DNA from: Hamiltosporidium tvaerminnensis FI-OER-3-3
Lineage: Eukaryota; Fungi; Microsporidia
DNA length: 64,000 bases
Assembly: GCA_022605425.2 (NCBI GenBank)
Contig: CM061251.1
Location: 186,001-250,000, forward strand
Direction: 5' to 3'
Part shown: positions 1 to 13,042 of the stretch, piece by piece
Numbering within the stretch: the stretch's first letter is position 1
Layout of the letters: each line of letters opens with the position of its first letter
Position numbers and translations under genes: made by a program
Notes under the pieces: model-generated
The model's input: the letters and a program-made list of their open reading frames with translations, nothing else
What the model was told of the DNA's origin: nothing
The model's database searches: none

Positions 1-2240
1 GCAATTATTTAAAAGATAAAAAAATATCAATTGCGGAAACCAATAAATATTGGTCTAAGATTAATAAAAAAACGAGAGAATATAAAAAATAATAGGAATT
101 TAATTAGGAATTAAACAAGTAACAGGATTTTGCAAAAATTCTTTGTACTTTTCGTTGAGAAAGTGAGTTTTTCTAAAATTTTAATTGATTATATATTTAC
201 TGTAAATATTATTCTATTTAATTTTTTATACTTTTTTTTTATAAGAAATATTTTTATGCTGGTTGTTGATTTTGAAACCATATAACGCAATTTCTGTAAA
301 TATTTAATTTTAAAAGATATAATAAAGAGTTTAAATTAAATCTCAATATTTAAGAGACTATAAATAATATTACATCTTTATAAAAGCGGAATATTTTCTA
401 TTTTCCTAAATAGATTGACGTTGTTCTAAGTTTTCATAGAACACAGCTGCTTAAAATTTTATCGGATTTTTTTAAAAATATCCTTTCCTAATTTCTTCAT
501 CTAAAAAATGTGTAAAACCTATTTAAAAGATAAACATCTTCCAAGAATGTGTAAAATCTGTTTCCTCACGTTGAATTAGAGGTCTAAATTTGATTATGTA
601 TCGTCAAGACTAAAATTATTCCTAGTTTCATTAAATTCTTTTGAGCCAAATAGACCTCCTAATAATGTACATCAAGTCAAATTCTGTAGGATCCAACTGT
701 AGTTACAATGTCATACCTCTATTTATAAGTGCTATTGCATATTAAAGAAATTTTTTCTTCTGTATTTTCCATGCTCTAGATCTTCTCACTGTGCAATATA
801 TCACGTTTTTTAAGACTTTTACATGTAACTTACCTACAACTATGGTCGTGGTTTCTAATCTGATTACATAAAAACATAAAAATTGACTTTTTTGAAAAAT
901 TTTCACCAGTTTCTAAATATTCTCTTTTTTATACAAATTTCTATGGAATAAACGAAAATTTTGTATTGTTTTTATTGCACCGAAAATCCCTACAATGATT
1001 TTAATGTTAATTGTGTAAATTATTTAGATGCAGATGGTTTTAAAAACGATCATTATTCCTCTGATAGTATTTAAGAAAATAAATTATTTTTTTGCACAAT
1101 GTCTAAGCTTTAGAAAAAATATTTTCTTTGAGTTTAAATGAAAATATATAAATATTATCAATCAAATAACTTTTTAATAAATAGATTTTCTTAGCGAAAA
1201 AAGGTTTTGAGTAATTTAGTTCAAACAAAAAAAAATGAACTGCTAAGTAGTTCTGAATAATTCTCTCAGTTAATTGAAAAGTTTAATGAGGTTCTTTAAA
1301 TTTATAGATTAATTAAATCTATTTCCGAAAACATATTAATAACGGTTATAAATAAAAAAAAATTTAAAATTCTATTTTCTTTGTAGAAATATTTGATTAC
1401 AACTTACAAATTATCACCTTAAACAAATTATAAATAGTTTTTTTTTGTAAATATTTTGAAATAAGTTTTTAAATATAAAGAAGGAAAATTTAATTAAATT
1501 TTTTTATTACCGATAAATATCAATTTTTTTACTGAAAAAGATTTTCAATACAAAATCGACCATTAGAACGATAATTTTTCAGATTAAAAATTATTGGAAC
1601 AGAATAGAACATTAGAAATTCTTATATCTTTAATTAAAATTTATTTAATCATTCCCTTGACTAAATAACAGATTTTTAACCTAAATTTTTGAATCTTCCT
1701 TGTTGAAATATAAAATTCTAGGTAAAAAATTTTTAATAATTTTCGCTTTTTTTTACCTTCCTTATACATCAAAATCCTTATGAAGTTTGTTATTTGTTAA
1801 ATATATTTAAGACAAAATTATTCTTTATTATGTTATTTTCAATAATCATGTAATTGTAACTTATTTTTTTATAAGAATCCAATACAAATTTCAATTAATT
1901 TGTTTCTTTTCTATAATTTTTCTAAAATAAGTATATCAACTAATTGAAAATTAAATTTTTAATTGTAAATAATCCGAAAACACCAAAAACAATAAAGTTT
2001 TGATATATAAATGCAATTTTTTTATTTTTCTATTTTTTTAAAATATTAATATATTTTTTTTTTGAATTTTAATCTAATATATTAGTAATTTAATCAATAA
2101 AACAATATTTTATCATTTTAAATTGTAAAAAGAATTGAGATAAAAAAACAATTTGTTAGAAAACCGATATATACTTAGATAATTTGTATTTCTAATTACG
2201 GTAAAATATTTTATATAAAGAAAAAATCGAAGACAGGGTC

Positions 2241-3104
2241 ATGGACAATGATTATTATAACAAGAAGATTAAACTTCGTGATTCAAAAGAATATCATTTG
2301 GAAGAGGAATATGAGGATGATAAATGTGAGACAAAGTCTTATAATGAAAGAAATAAGAATTGTTTGATTAAGAAAATGATACAAAATGAAAATTACGGCG
2401 CAAAAGATAATAATTTGCATTATTTTAAAAGGTCTATGCAGCAAAACGATTTAAATTATCAGGATTTTGAAGCAAAGCGTGGTGTTATAAATGGAAAAAT
2501 CGATGAATTTTCTTTAAAAGCACAATCACTGAAGGCTATCAACTATTTTAATGAAAAGACAAAGACATTCAGATCGTCAATTTGTAAAAAATATGGATTT
2601 GATGCCATATCTAGTTATGAAAGAGAATATTGGAAAAGACCAAATTATCATGATAATATTTACGGCCAAAAAAATATATATCTTAAAAACAAAGACAGCC
2701 ACATTAAATATATAGAACAACAATGTGTATTTAATTTTAATGAAATTAGTAAAGAATCCTTATTAGGGTTATTAAATCGTCTGATGAAAATTGATTCATT
2801 TTTTAAAAATAAGAGCAATTTTTTGCCAAATTTTGATTTTTTGCTTCAGCAATATGACATATTTTTTCAACGTAAAAAGAAAACAAAAGGTGGTATATTA
2901 GGAATAAATGAAAAGCGGAGAAATCATGTAAATTCGGAACACAGAAGAAAAGATGCTATATCTATTGGTATAAATGCATTAGGAGATATTTTACCTAATC
3001 AAGATTTTTTTGAAGATGATGCTGATATTGTTTTTGAAGCAGTTTTTTATATTTTAAAGCTACGTTATAAAAATATTCTATTGCGAAACAATATAAAAGA
3101 ATAA
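2241..3104 (+). CDS. bHLH transcription factor (C-terminal basic helix-loop-helix, Ino2/Ino4/Max-like)
   Basis: 287-aa ORF. C-terminal KRRNHVNSEHRRKDAISIGINALGDILP...DADIVFEAVFYILKL fits the bHLH H-x3-E-x2-R basic region plus helix 1 and helix 2. GGG motif just upstream (ACAGGGTCATG). Confidence 0.8.
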   Translation: MDNDYYNKKIKLRDSKEYHLEEEYEDDKCETKSYNERNKNCLIKKMIQNENYGAKDNNLHYFKRSMQQNDLNYQDFEAKRGVINGKIDEFSLKAQSLKAINYFNEKTKTFRSSICKKYGFDAISSYEREYWKRPNYHDNIYGQKNIYLKNKDSHIKYIEQQCVFNFNEISKESLLGLLNRLMKIDSFFKNKSNFLPNFDFLLQQYDIFFQRKKKTKGGILGINEKRRNHVNSEHRRKDAISIGINALGDILPNQDFFEDDADIVFEAVFYILKLRYKNILLRNNIKE

Positions 3105-4199
3105 AATGATCGTTTTATTAATTTAATTGCTTTTTTATTTTCAATTTATGTGGAAAAGTGTCTGATTTATTTAAAATATTATTAGATTGGCTTAATCAGT
3201 ATAATTTTGATAAATTAAATTGTTTAATCTAAAATATATAAATTAAAAAAATTCTCATTAACACTTATTAAATAGGAATAATTGCCTTTAATTTACTATA
3301 GATTTTTACCATGCTTCTATATTTTATTAATTAATAATTATAAATCGAATTGATCATACAATATTATTAAAATCCGAAATACTTTGTATTACATTGAAAT
3401 TTTCTTTAGTAAAATTAAGCAAAATGATTTCATATTAAAATAATAGTTAAATTTAATTAAATTATGGAATGTAAAATATCTTACAGTAAAAAAAATATTT
3501 TGATTCAATAAAATAACTTGTGTTTCTGTTTCACGCGATTATTTTTATTAATGAAATAATTTGCAATTTCATATTTTTGAGGCTAATTTTGCACATTGGA
3601 ATTGTAACAAAAAGTAAGAACATATCTAACCAAAATTGCATTACTCTAATATAAAAAAGTATGATACTTTATATATAGATCTTTGAATATTTTAAATACG
3701 ATCTCTTCTTTGTGTATCTCATAAACTTTCAAATTGCAATTTAGACTGAATGATTTTGAAGGGCTTAGAAATGTTTATTTATATTTTCACATATTATGAT
3801 AACATACTCTTTTGTTTTTTCACGGTAGAAAAGAACTAGAATAAAAATATTTGGTCGATAATGCATCCTGTTTCATATAAATAATAGATGAGTCTGTTCT
3901 TATTACGTTTAAAAAATCTATTAGTGTCAATAAACGTGCTTCTAATGAAACTTCCATGATTAATTTAAAATTTGCAACAAATCTGGCATCGGAAATACAC
4001 ATTTCGGAAAATAATTTTTTCTCGACTTTTAAAGTCCAACTTACCTCAATAAAGAGCCAAAACAACATATTATAAGCATTTACATAAAATCCAATGGAAT
4101 TTGTGTATTATATATACTTTCTTTCTTTCTATCTATTGTATTGTTGGGTTCATTCTACCCTTTCCTGGCTTTGCTTGAAATTTTACTTATAATTCATAT

Positions 4200-7100
4200 T
4201 TTGAGTATGGCGACTTGTTCCGGATTTTAGATTCATTGGTTTTGAATCTTGTACTTAACATTTTTTCTCATGGGCGTCTATATATAGAGGAGATATGGGT
4301 TTTTGTGTCTCCTAGGCCCTTGTATGAAATCCAGTGATACCCTTTCCCATTTCTTCACTGCATATGATAATTACTCAAAACCTCTTTTTGGAATAATTAA
4401 AGAGTTAAAATGTTGTTTTTTAGGAACTACTGACTGGGTGTATGTCATATTTCTTGAAGGCATTTGAAGCACTTGATGCAAATTCGACATTTTATGGTCA
4501 AATGACATTGTAGTTTATTATATCGGAGATGATTTTATCCAAGCACCAAAGAAACTGTCTAATTGATTGGAAAATAGGTTTTAATAATAGACATCTTAAT
4601 ATTCTATCCCAGCAGGTGATTTTATAAAGAGATTCAGACTTTGATGAGAGAATTTTTACTGCAACTCTTATTCAAAATAAAAATATTTTCTCTAGTATTC
4701 CAAATTTAACATATTTTTATATTCTGGTGTTCAGTTTTATTTTCGAATAAAAATTTCATGAATTTACGAACAGAGCGATTATTACTCGTTTCGCCAACTT
4801 TAATTCATATCGATTTTTTAAAAATAAATGCAAGAAGTTTTTCATCAGATTGTCTCGTCCGTTTTAGCCATGCCGGTAATTTTATTACAGTAGGTCGCCA
4901 TATATCTAGGGATTTACTAGATTTATTACATGTTTGAGCTTCTTCTTCTACACCCAAAAGTATCTTTTTATTATGTATTTAACAAAAATTTGCTTTCAGA
5001 CGACTCTAAATTAAATTTCATTGGGCATTTGAAGGTATCACTGACAATACCAAACTAATTATTTATAGCTTTAATGGCTTAGCGAGCCTTTTCTATTTCG
5101 TTAATATATTTTCTGTTTAATATTCTTTCCTTGAATATCTTTTGATAAATCTTTACAACATTTATTTTACTTGAAAAAACTCTTTTCTATTGAAAAAGAT
5201 ATTTTATCATTATCGATCTCCATTAGTTTTTCTTTTTTAGTCGATATTTATCTATATATTCCTAGACGAATCCATTCTTGACAAGCCTTATGCTTACTTC
5301 GCAAACTCCATTGTATTTACTCTTTTCTGATTTGTTTAAGTAGAGACCTATGTGTTTTATATTTTTTCTTAAATTTATCCTGTTTTTTAACACTATGCGC
5401 TAACATAGCCTAACCATATGAAATTATTCGGTTCAGTCAAGGTAATTCAATGTGACAGTTTCTTATTTATGTCGCTATTAATTGTCCCATGAAATAAAAT
5501 TCTTGCATTTACTTTCATGTTGAAAGCCACTTAACTTTTGATATCAGCATAATGTCGAATAACTTCTACTATTTCCTATAATTTTTAGACCTCTACTTCT
5601 TCTCAAAATTAAATTTGTTATCACACAACGTATAATTTGCCCTTGACTTTTTATACATATTTTGAAACATATAACTCCGATAATTCTTTAACCTTGTCTG
5701 TTATATATGCAACTTTGAACTTTTTCAACAAGGATCTTAAATAAAAATCAAGAGGTGAGGCTTGGTCGTATATGATCAGAATTCGGATATATTTGTAGTA
5801 TTCTACTACAAAAAAAAGGTTTTTTAAATTTTTTTATAAAATATAAAGTTATATTCTATTTACCTCCTAATGGTGGAAGAAAGAAACAAACAAAAACCTG
5901 AAGAAATTCTTTAAATAAACCTTATCATCGAATTAACTCTTTACTTAAACGGATTGGCAAACTTTTTATTTTAAAGATGGAAGCCTGTCTCTTTCAAAGA
6001 AACCTTTTATCAGGGTCCCTCGACCAAGGTTACGACAGTACTGATACCTTTAAATAGTTCACATTAAGATCTCGCACAAAAATAAATCACAGCAAATAAA
6101 CTAAGCGTGACAAATTAACTTCTTATGCAGTTCATTCTTTGTTTGTGCCATTCATTTTATAGGCTTTATCCAAATATAAATTGCTTACATTGATATAGCT
6201 TTAATGAATATTAGAATGGAATTGGGAGTTCGATTCGCAATGTAAATTATCAAACAAGCAACGATTTCTTAATAACAGTTTCTGAAAACTCAATTTATGT
6301 CGCCTCTATTGTTTAAATAGGTATATTTACGAAGGTTCAATAAAGCCTATACTTTGATTTTTCCCTTCTATTAGTGTTAACATTTAGATTTCGGATAGCA
6401 AATCAAAGTTTTCTATAGGCGCCAAATACCCCTTGGTATATATTCCTTTGTTAAATATTGGGGTTTAACATACGAACGATGGCTCGGTGTCGGTATATTC
6501 TTGTGAAATGCCTCTAAAAATCGAATACTTAAGCTGGCAGTAAAAAATTGAACTGAATCCTGTTATGAACAACAACTTTTATAATTTTAGAGAATTTTTA
6601 AAGTGATTTCAATTTCTTGAATTAAATATAAATCCATCAGTTCAATAGCTTTCTAGTTGAGAAATCTTTTTCTTTTAATGTTATTACTAAATCGTCCAAA
6701 TAAATAAAAAATTAGCTGAAGAATATCTTATACAAAAGTATTAAATATTTCTCAGCATTAATTGTTTCATCATTAATTTACAATTTTAGTATCATGCACT
6801 TATGTTTTAATACGGTTAGCATATGTTAGAATATCCAAGCTTTAGTATAACCCAAGATGATATCGAATTTGGATCAACTCAAAAATTAGATTCTCTTTTT
6901 TTCAATTCTTCACACTTTCATAAACCATTAAGTTTTTTTTACCAAACATTTTTAAACGCCTTATCTTAACTAGAGCCTTAAGAGATTTTTTTCAGTTTAA
7001 AAAAAATTTAAGTTCGAATGTTTTTCGAAGTCATTTTGTATCAGAAACGATGTTTTTTTCGACTGATGTGTTTTTTTGGGAAAATCTTTGAAATATATAC

Positions 7101-7500
7101 ATTAAACCTTACTTGTTATGTTTTATTCCAAGAAGATCTGGGATATTACTTGCGATTTATCTCTTTGTAGGGTTACGCGCAGTCTTTGATCCCTGTAGAG
7201 GCTTTAATATATGAAGGTACACCATAACCTCTCATTTTTGCAAAATATTTAGTTTATCAAGAGCCAAAACTTAGTTGACAATAAATTTACATGGATGTTT
7301 CCGATTTGATTTGCCACTATTTAATTCTTTATACGAAAAGGTTTTTTATATTCGCACTATATATTTAACGGGTTAATGTTTTAGATAATGTCATTGCGAA
7401 CACTTTCGAGTAGATAATTATCTATTCTACATTCCTCTCTATATTCTTAATTTATAGTTACTTTGTTTTAATTACCACTGACCACTATATCGGATCGATA
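4200..7500 (-). mobile_element. Heavily decayed Ty3/gypsy-like LTR retrotransposon internal region (gag-protease...integrase remnants)
   Basis: Hand translation of the minus strand gives fragments in gypsy order: WCTF..KASTGIKDC (zinc-knuckle-like, ~7180-7225), KFDIILGY (retropepsin C-terminal motif, ~6845-6870), DKIISD and FKKYDIHPVSSS (integrase core, ~4420-4545). Many stops and frameshifts; ends approximate. Confidence 0.45.
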
Positions 7501-8589
7501 GTATCTGTAAATTCAAATATTACATTGTACCACCAAGAAGCACGTCTAAACCTTTTTACAAATACTTAAAATATATTTTATTTAAAAAATACAACTTTAA
7601 TCAACTACTAGGGCCGGCTTCTATTAAATTGAAAATTTCTTAATCCATTGTGCACATCCATTCATCTATGGCTTTACTACATATTTTTATAATTTTTTGC
7701 AATAGATTTCCGTAGAGAAATCTTCTGAGGCGAGAAATTAATACAAACCGGTGTATTTAGGGATTTTTAATCTGTAACGGAATGGTTTTAATATGTGTTT
7801 CGACCAGGTAAAGATGTTAACCGATTGAATTAATATATTTTTAGATCAATCTTTAATTTATCATTCTTTCCAAAATTCTACAACATTTTTAATTTTTTTT
7901 TTGCTTTCGATTTCTTTTTTTCACTGATAATAAAATTTAAACAAAACTTAAATAAATATTATGGTTCAAAATTAAACCAAATATTGTCGAGATATCCGAA
8001 GAGATCTATAATCTAAAAAGATTCGCTAATCAAACACTTTGTTGCTTTCGTCATATGAAGTTACATAGGAATTAAATAAAATATACAGGTAAATTTATGA
8101 AAAAGAGAGTTTGTTCTTAATATATTACATAGCTTATAATATACTATAATTCATAATCAGATAGAATTCAAATTTTTCAATAAAATGTCTTAGCTTTATT
8201 GTTTATTTATTAGGTTTATAGCGGATTAAATAATCATAGATTTATTCCGGATCACATAATTTTTAATTTAAATCAAAATATTTTAAAAAATATGATTAAA
8301 AAGATCGAAAAGTATAAAGAAACTAATAATTTATGATTCTGATTATTAAACTTTTTTTGTAACTTTTAATAATTTGAAATCTTGAATTGCCTGGGTTTTA
8401 GTGAATTGATAATTTTTTTTAGAAGTATCATGAAAGTTAGATATATATTCTATATGGCTTATTTCAAATTAAATAATTGTAATAACATTCATTTAATTGG
8501 TTTCCGTGTAAATTCTTGGATAAAATATTAATACATCATTACGAATGTATTTAAGAAATTTATCCCGAGGAAACAAACTTTTTATTTAT

Positions 8590-9527
8590 TGTCGTATTTT
8601 ACTCTGCCTCTCCCGTCAAGAAATAAAAAAGCTATATTAAAATGCCGCTTTCCCAGACCCCTGATCAATATTTTTGTATTTAAAAGTAAAATTTAAAAAT
8701 TTCCTCGTTCCAATTAAATTATAATATTCTAAATACTTGGGTTTCGAAGAATTTCTTATTAATCTTTTACTCATTTTTTTATTGATATTTTCTTATATTC
8801 CATCGTTGTTCTTTATTATATTCTCTGTTAAGCTACATAATTTAGGGTGCATGCCTGTTAATAAAAGGAAAATAATATATTTTTTTGAAACCCTTTGATT
8901 TAAAATGTATTTTTAGTAACTTATGTCTTATTTTTCTTTATATTTTAAAATTTTCAAATTTTAGATTTTAGTTTAAAATACAAAGTTGTCATTAATAAAA
9001 GAAAAGTAGAAAAAATAAAAGAGAAGACAAATGTAATAAAATTAAAAAGAATAAAAGAAAAATAAAAAGTGGAGACAAATGTATAAAAATGGAATAAAAG
9101 AAAAATAGAAGAAAAATAAAAGAAAAAACATTAAAATTAGAATAAAAGAAAAAACATTAAAATTCAAAATTTTTTATATTTTTTATTATTTAATGCTAAT
9201 TTTTCGTAATATTTTTCTAATTTTTATTAATTCATTCTTTTTTATAATTTTTTATAATTTTTTTCGTTTTCTTTTTTTTATTCTTTTTTAAATCGGTTTC
9301 AATATATTTTTTTAATTTATTTAAAATTTTTTTTCGGTTTAAAACTGTTTTTTTATTTAAAAATTTTAAGTTATCACAAAATATATATTGAAACCGATTT
9401 AAAAAAGAATAAATACGGACATTTTTGCGATTTCATACGATTTAGAGCTGCGATGATCTGCTAGATTTTACTTTTGGTCAGGGTAAAATTCAGCAGGGAG
9501 ATTCAATATTCAATATAAAATACGACA
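8590..9527. mobile_element. Non-coding TG...CA element, copy 1 (solo LTR or non-autonomous TIR element)
   Basis: Termini TGTCGTATTTTA / TAAAATACGACA form a 12-bp perfect inverted repeat. A highly similar inverted copy lies at 35916-36778 and a diverged copy at 54294-55121. Internal 31-bp perfect inverted repeat at 9277-9307 / 9383-9413. Confidence 0.8.
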
Positions 9528-9956
9528 ATTATTATTAAAACTGAAAATTTTAATTGTTTAGCTATTTATATTGCTATATTGATTTCTAACGAACTAGAAG
9601 ATATCAAAAAATCAGGTATAAAAAATCCAAAAAATAAAAAGATATGACCAAAAACCTTAGTAATTGACTTACCAACAGAATATGCCATATGTTTCATTTC
9701 TCGGATTTCATAAATTCAATGAAAAACTAAACCGAAAAAAATGCAGACAAACTTTATTTTAGATAAAATATTAAAGCTTTTTAAATGTATATTCACAAAT
9801 AAAATGTTTAAACTAAGTCAAATGCATTTCTAACAGAAATTTCAAACATACAGAGATATTTAAGACCAAGGTAACCATTTAAAAATATAATTAAAAAAAT
9901 TGGAGATTTATAAAGAAATAAAAAATTTTATTTTCTTGAGAAATAGTCAACGAACA

Positions 9957-11573
9957 TTAAATTTCTATTTGCTTCATGGCTTTTCTAAATTGCTTTCTAT
10001 TTTTTTCACCTATATTTTCAAAAGAAAGTTTTACATCATCCATCCATACATATCTATTATATTGTTCAATTTTATCAAAAACCGATGTAATATCATGTTT
10101 GTCTAAACTCTCTGTTAATATTTTCAATTTAACATTTATTAACTCTGATTTTGCGGTTTGAGAGCTTATATATTCGAAAGCCTTCAATTTTATCAAATTT
10201 TTAGACTTTTCTTCAATATCATTGAGAATCAAAGGAAAGTTTAAAGTGGTTTTGTTTTTATACTCATTAAAAACAAGATTTAAATAACCAATTATATCAA
10301 AAAGCGATGTTTCAAAATTATTATTTTTTACTAATGAATCCCCAATATAGAGAAATAATAATATTGAATAGTAAAAATTATAATATGTAAATAATTTATA
10401 TTCTTCTGATATGGGATTTGGACTTAATTTATTTTTATTTTCATCAAAAAAATTAATATTATCCATGAATTCGGCAATCATTTTAAAGGTTTCGGGTTTA
10501 ACTTTATCTGAAATGTTATTTAGAGAGCAAAATATTTCCCTTATTAAATAATTTAAAATTAATAATCGTTCAAAATAAAAGTTGGAATATAAAATATCTT
10601 TGGTATCCCTTGAATCAATTTGTAATTTTCTGTATGTATCTTCAGCAATAATTATAAGCAAAAATGTAGGCAATGCAGAGTACAAATTCAGATGGTTATA
10701 GGAATTTTCAGAGTTAAATATAAAATTTAAGGCTGTCTGAAACTGAGGGAAAAAATGAAATACTTTATCTTGAAAATCATTCAAAAATAATTCAATCAAA
10801 TACTCTCCAACAATAATATTTATTTGTGATAAATTGGTTTCACAGTCACTCAAATACTCAAAATTAAATCTAACAAATAGAGCGATATTTGCCTTTAGGT
10901 GTACTATAAAACCGTAAACCTTTTCTTCTGCCGCCTGAGCTACGATTATTTCTTTAAAACTCATTAAGGATTCGTCATTATCAATCTTGAATAGCTCTTT
11001 GGATAGTGTTTGCAGCCAAAAAAATATTATTTTTAAATTTAGATTTTTAAACGTCTTGTCAGTTGAAAATTTTTCTAAACAATTCATCCTGCTATCTAAT
11101 TCAAAAATTATCTTTTTCTCCAGAATTTCAGATATTTTTGATAAAAAATATTCGTGTTTTTTATCATCATCATCAGATTTATATATTCTTTCTAATTCAT
11201 CTTCATTGGAGGAAATATCATCAATGTTCCCTACAGATCCGGTTTTGTCGTGTTTAAATGCTAGATTTTTTTTTGTTGTAATTTCAGCTCTATTAACTGA
11301 AAATGAACAGCTAGAAACTTTTGATGTACATTTACTACCACTTTTTACCTTTTTTTTGTGCTGTAACAAAATTTTAGATACTCTTTCACAAACATTCAAA
11401 TTTCCTTTATTATTTCTTCTGTTTTTTTCGATTTTTTTAAATCTAGAAATATTTGAATCCCGGATTCTGATTCTACCAACATTTTTATGCTCGAAAATCA
11501 TTTTTTTTCTTCTTAAATGAGTATTAGAAACTTCTAGGAAGAATAATATCACAATTATTAGTGATAGACACAT
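9957..11573 (-). CDS. Secreted lineage-specific family protein, paralog A (538 aa)
   Basis: Start moved from 11627 to the ATG at 11573, which follows a CCC motif (ACACCCACGATG) and opens a hydrophobic signal peptide MCLSLIIVILFFLEVSNT. Shares HEYFLSKISEIL, FPQF, YFERLLI.NY and LFTYYNF with the ORFs at 23146 and 39017. Confidence 0.85.
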   Translation of the reverse strand: MCLSLIIVILFFLEVSNTHLRRKKMIFEHKNVGRIRIRDSNISRFKKIEKNRRNNKGNLNVCERVSKILLQHKKKVKSGSKCTSKVSSCSFSVNRAEITTKKNLAFKHDKTGSVGNIDDISSNEDELERIYKSDDDDKKHEYFLSKISEILEKKIIFELDSRMNCLEKFSTDKTFKNLNLKIIFFWLQTLSKELFKIDNDESLMSFKEIIVAQAAEEKVYGFIVHLKANIALFVRFNFEYLSDCETNLSQINIIVGEYLIELFLNDFQDKVFHFFPQFQTALNFIFNSENSYNHLNLYSALPTFLLIIIAEDTYRKLQIDSRDTKDILYSNFYFERLLILNYLIREIFCSLNNISDKVKPETFKMIAEFMDNINFFDENKNKLSPNPISEEYKLFTYYNFYYSILLFLYIGDSLVKNNNFETSLFDIIGYLNLVFNEYKNKTTLNFPLILNDIEEKSKNLIKLKAFEYISSQTAKSELINVKLKILTESLDKHDITSVFDKIEQYNRYVWMDDVKLSFENIGEKNRKQFRKAMKQIEI

Positions 11574-13042
11574 CGTGGGTGTTAATTTTAATGTTATGAA
11601 ATAACAATTATTTATAGTTTTTTTCATTTTCTAAAAATAGAATATTTTTTGATCCATTTGATTGGTTTTATTTCTTTAGAGAAAAACGAAGAATTATATT
11701 TTCTCCTTAAATTATGTCTTTTAAATTAAATATTTTGTCATTCTTTTAGTTGTAATTTGTTTTAGAATTAACGGTTTTACGTATTTACAATAATTTACAC
11801 TATAGCCACGGTTTATTTTCGACTACCTGTTAAGTTCGTTTTTCAGAGATTAATTTTATATTCAACAAAGAAATAAAAATTGAATAAATTTCTTTTGGTA
11901 AACATCATTGGTTTAGCTATAAAACTTTGCTACATTAGTCTGGATTTTATAAACTGTCATGCTTTGTTTACTTGTATATTTTTAGTCTTTTATATCCGCA
12001 TTTTGGCCGTCTCTAAGCAATTTTATAGTAAATTTACAAAACATATTTTAGTTATTAAATTTTCAATATCTGTATTAAGAAGTTTTAAATTTATAGTAGT
12101 TGTAACGGATTATTTTGTTTGCTCAATCAAGCTCACCATCTATATTCATAACTTCGCTTGGTTTTGTATCCATTTATTTGAGTGAAGAATTTTCTATGTC
12201 TGAAAAAACTGTTCTTTTTAACGATATATTGTATTGGTTATTCATTGTATAAATTCTTAGTCATTTTTATTAAAACTTTTTTAATTTAATCAAGTATAAA
12301 GTTCCACAAACTATTCAAGCAATAATTGTTTTATACAGTTATCATTGAGAATATAAATAAATTGCACGGAAGAATGATAGAAAGGCTTAAATCTTATCAT
12401 AAAATTTTATATTAAACTGTAGATTCTTAAAAAAAAAACAGAACAAATTCATTTAAATTTTTTTCAAGAATGGAAACTTTAGAAAAATGAAAAAAAAAAC
12501 ATTATGTTATTCTTGATAAATAGTACAATGCAGAAGCACATTCACGAATTTTATTGCAAATGTTTTTTTGAACCAACAGAATCTTTTTAATAATTTTCTA
12601 TTCAGTTCGACTCACTATTATTGTTATAAGTTTTAAAAACAGATAGAAGAGGCCTATTTTAATTCGAGCACTCATATTGGTGTCTTGTAGTATTTTAACC
12701 AATTAAAGATTTCGAGTCTTTGCCGTTGTCGTCGGGACATTGCTGAATTATATAAATGAATGATGATATGATGGGTTTGTTCATATAAAAATTTTGACCC
12801 CAAGAATTATTTGCTCGATAATATTTCTCTTTGCGATTTTGGATGGATTAATATGCTCTTGATGTAGTTGTTTTCACGATATACACTTATTGATTAAAGT
12901 AAATAAAAATATTAAAAATTCAATTTAATTATAAAGTAACAGTTGAAACTCATTAAATAATAGAATTATAATACTTTTTTATTTAAATCCAAAATATTAT
13001 AAATATTTTCATATTTAAAACTTTAGTGTCGCATTTAAATAT

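Noticed and set aside
6220-6245. GGAGTTCGATTC B-box-like motif
   Set aside because: No upstream A-box or cloverleaf. It lies within retroelement debris.
8590-9527. TG...CA element as the 5' LTR of the adjacent decayed gypsy remnant
   Set aside because: No matching second LTR near 3-4 kb and no PBS seen. The element is far better preserved than the gypsy sequence.
12200-12800. Possible pogo/Tigger DDE remnant (NAEAH-like and KA*I fragments on the plus strand)
   Set aside because: Only two or three very short, broken motifs, too weak to call without a profile search.
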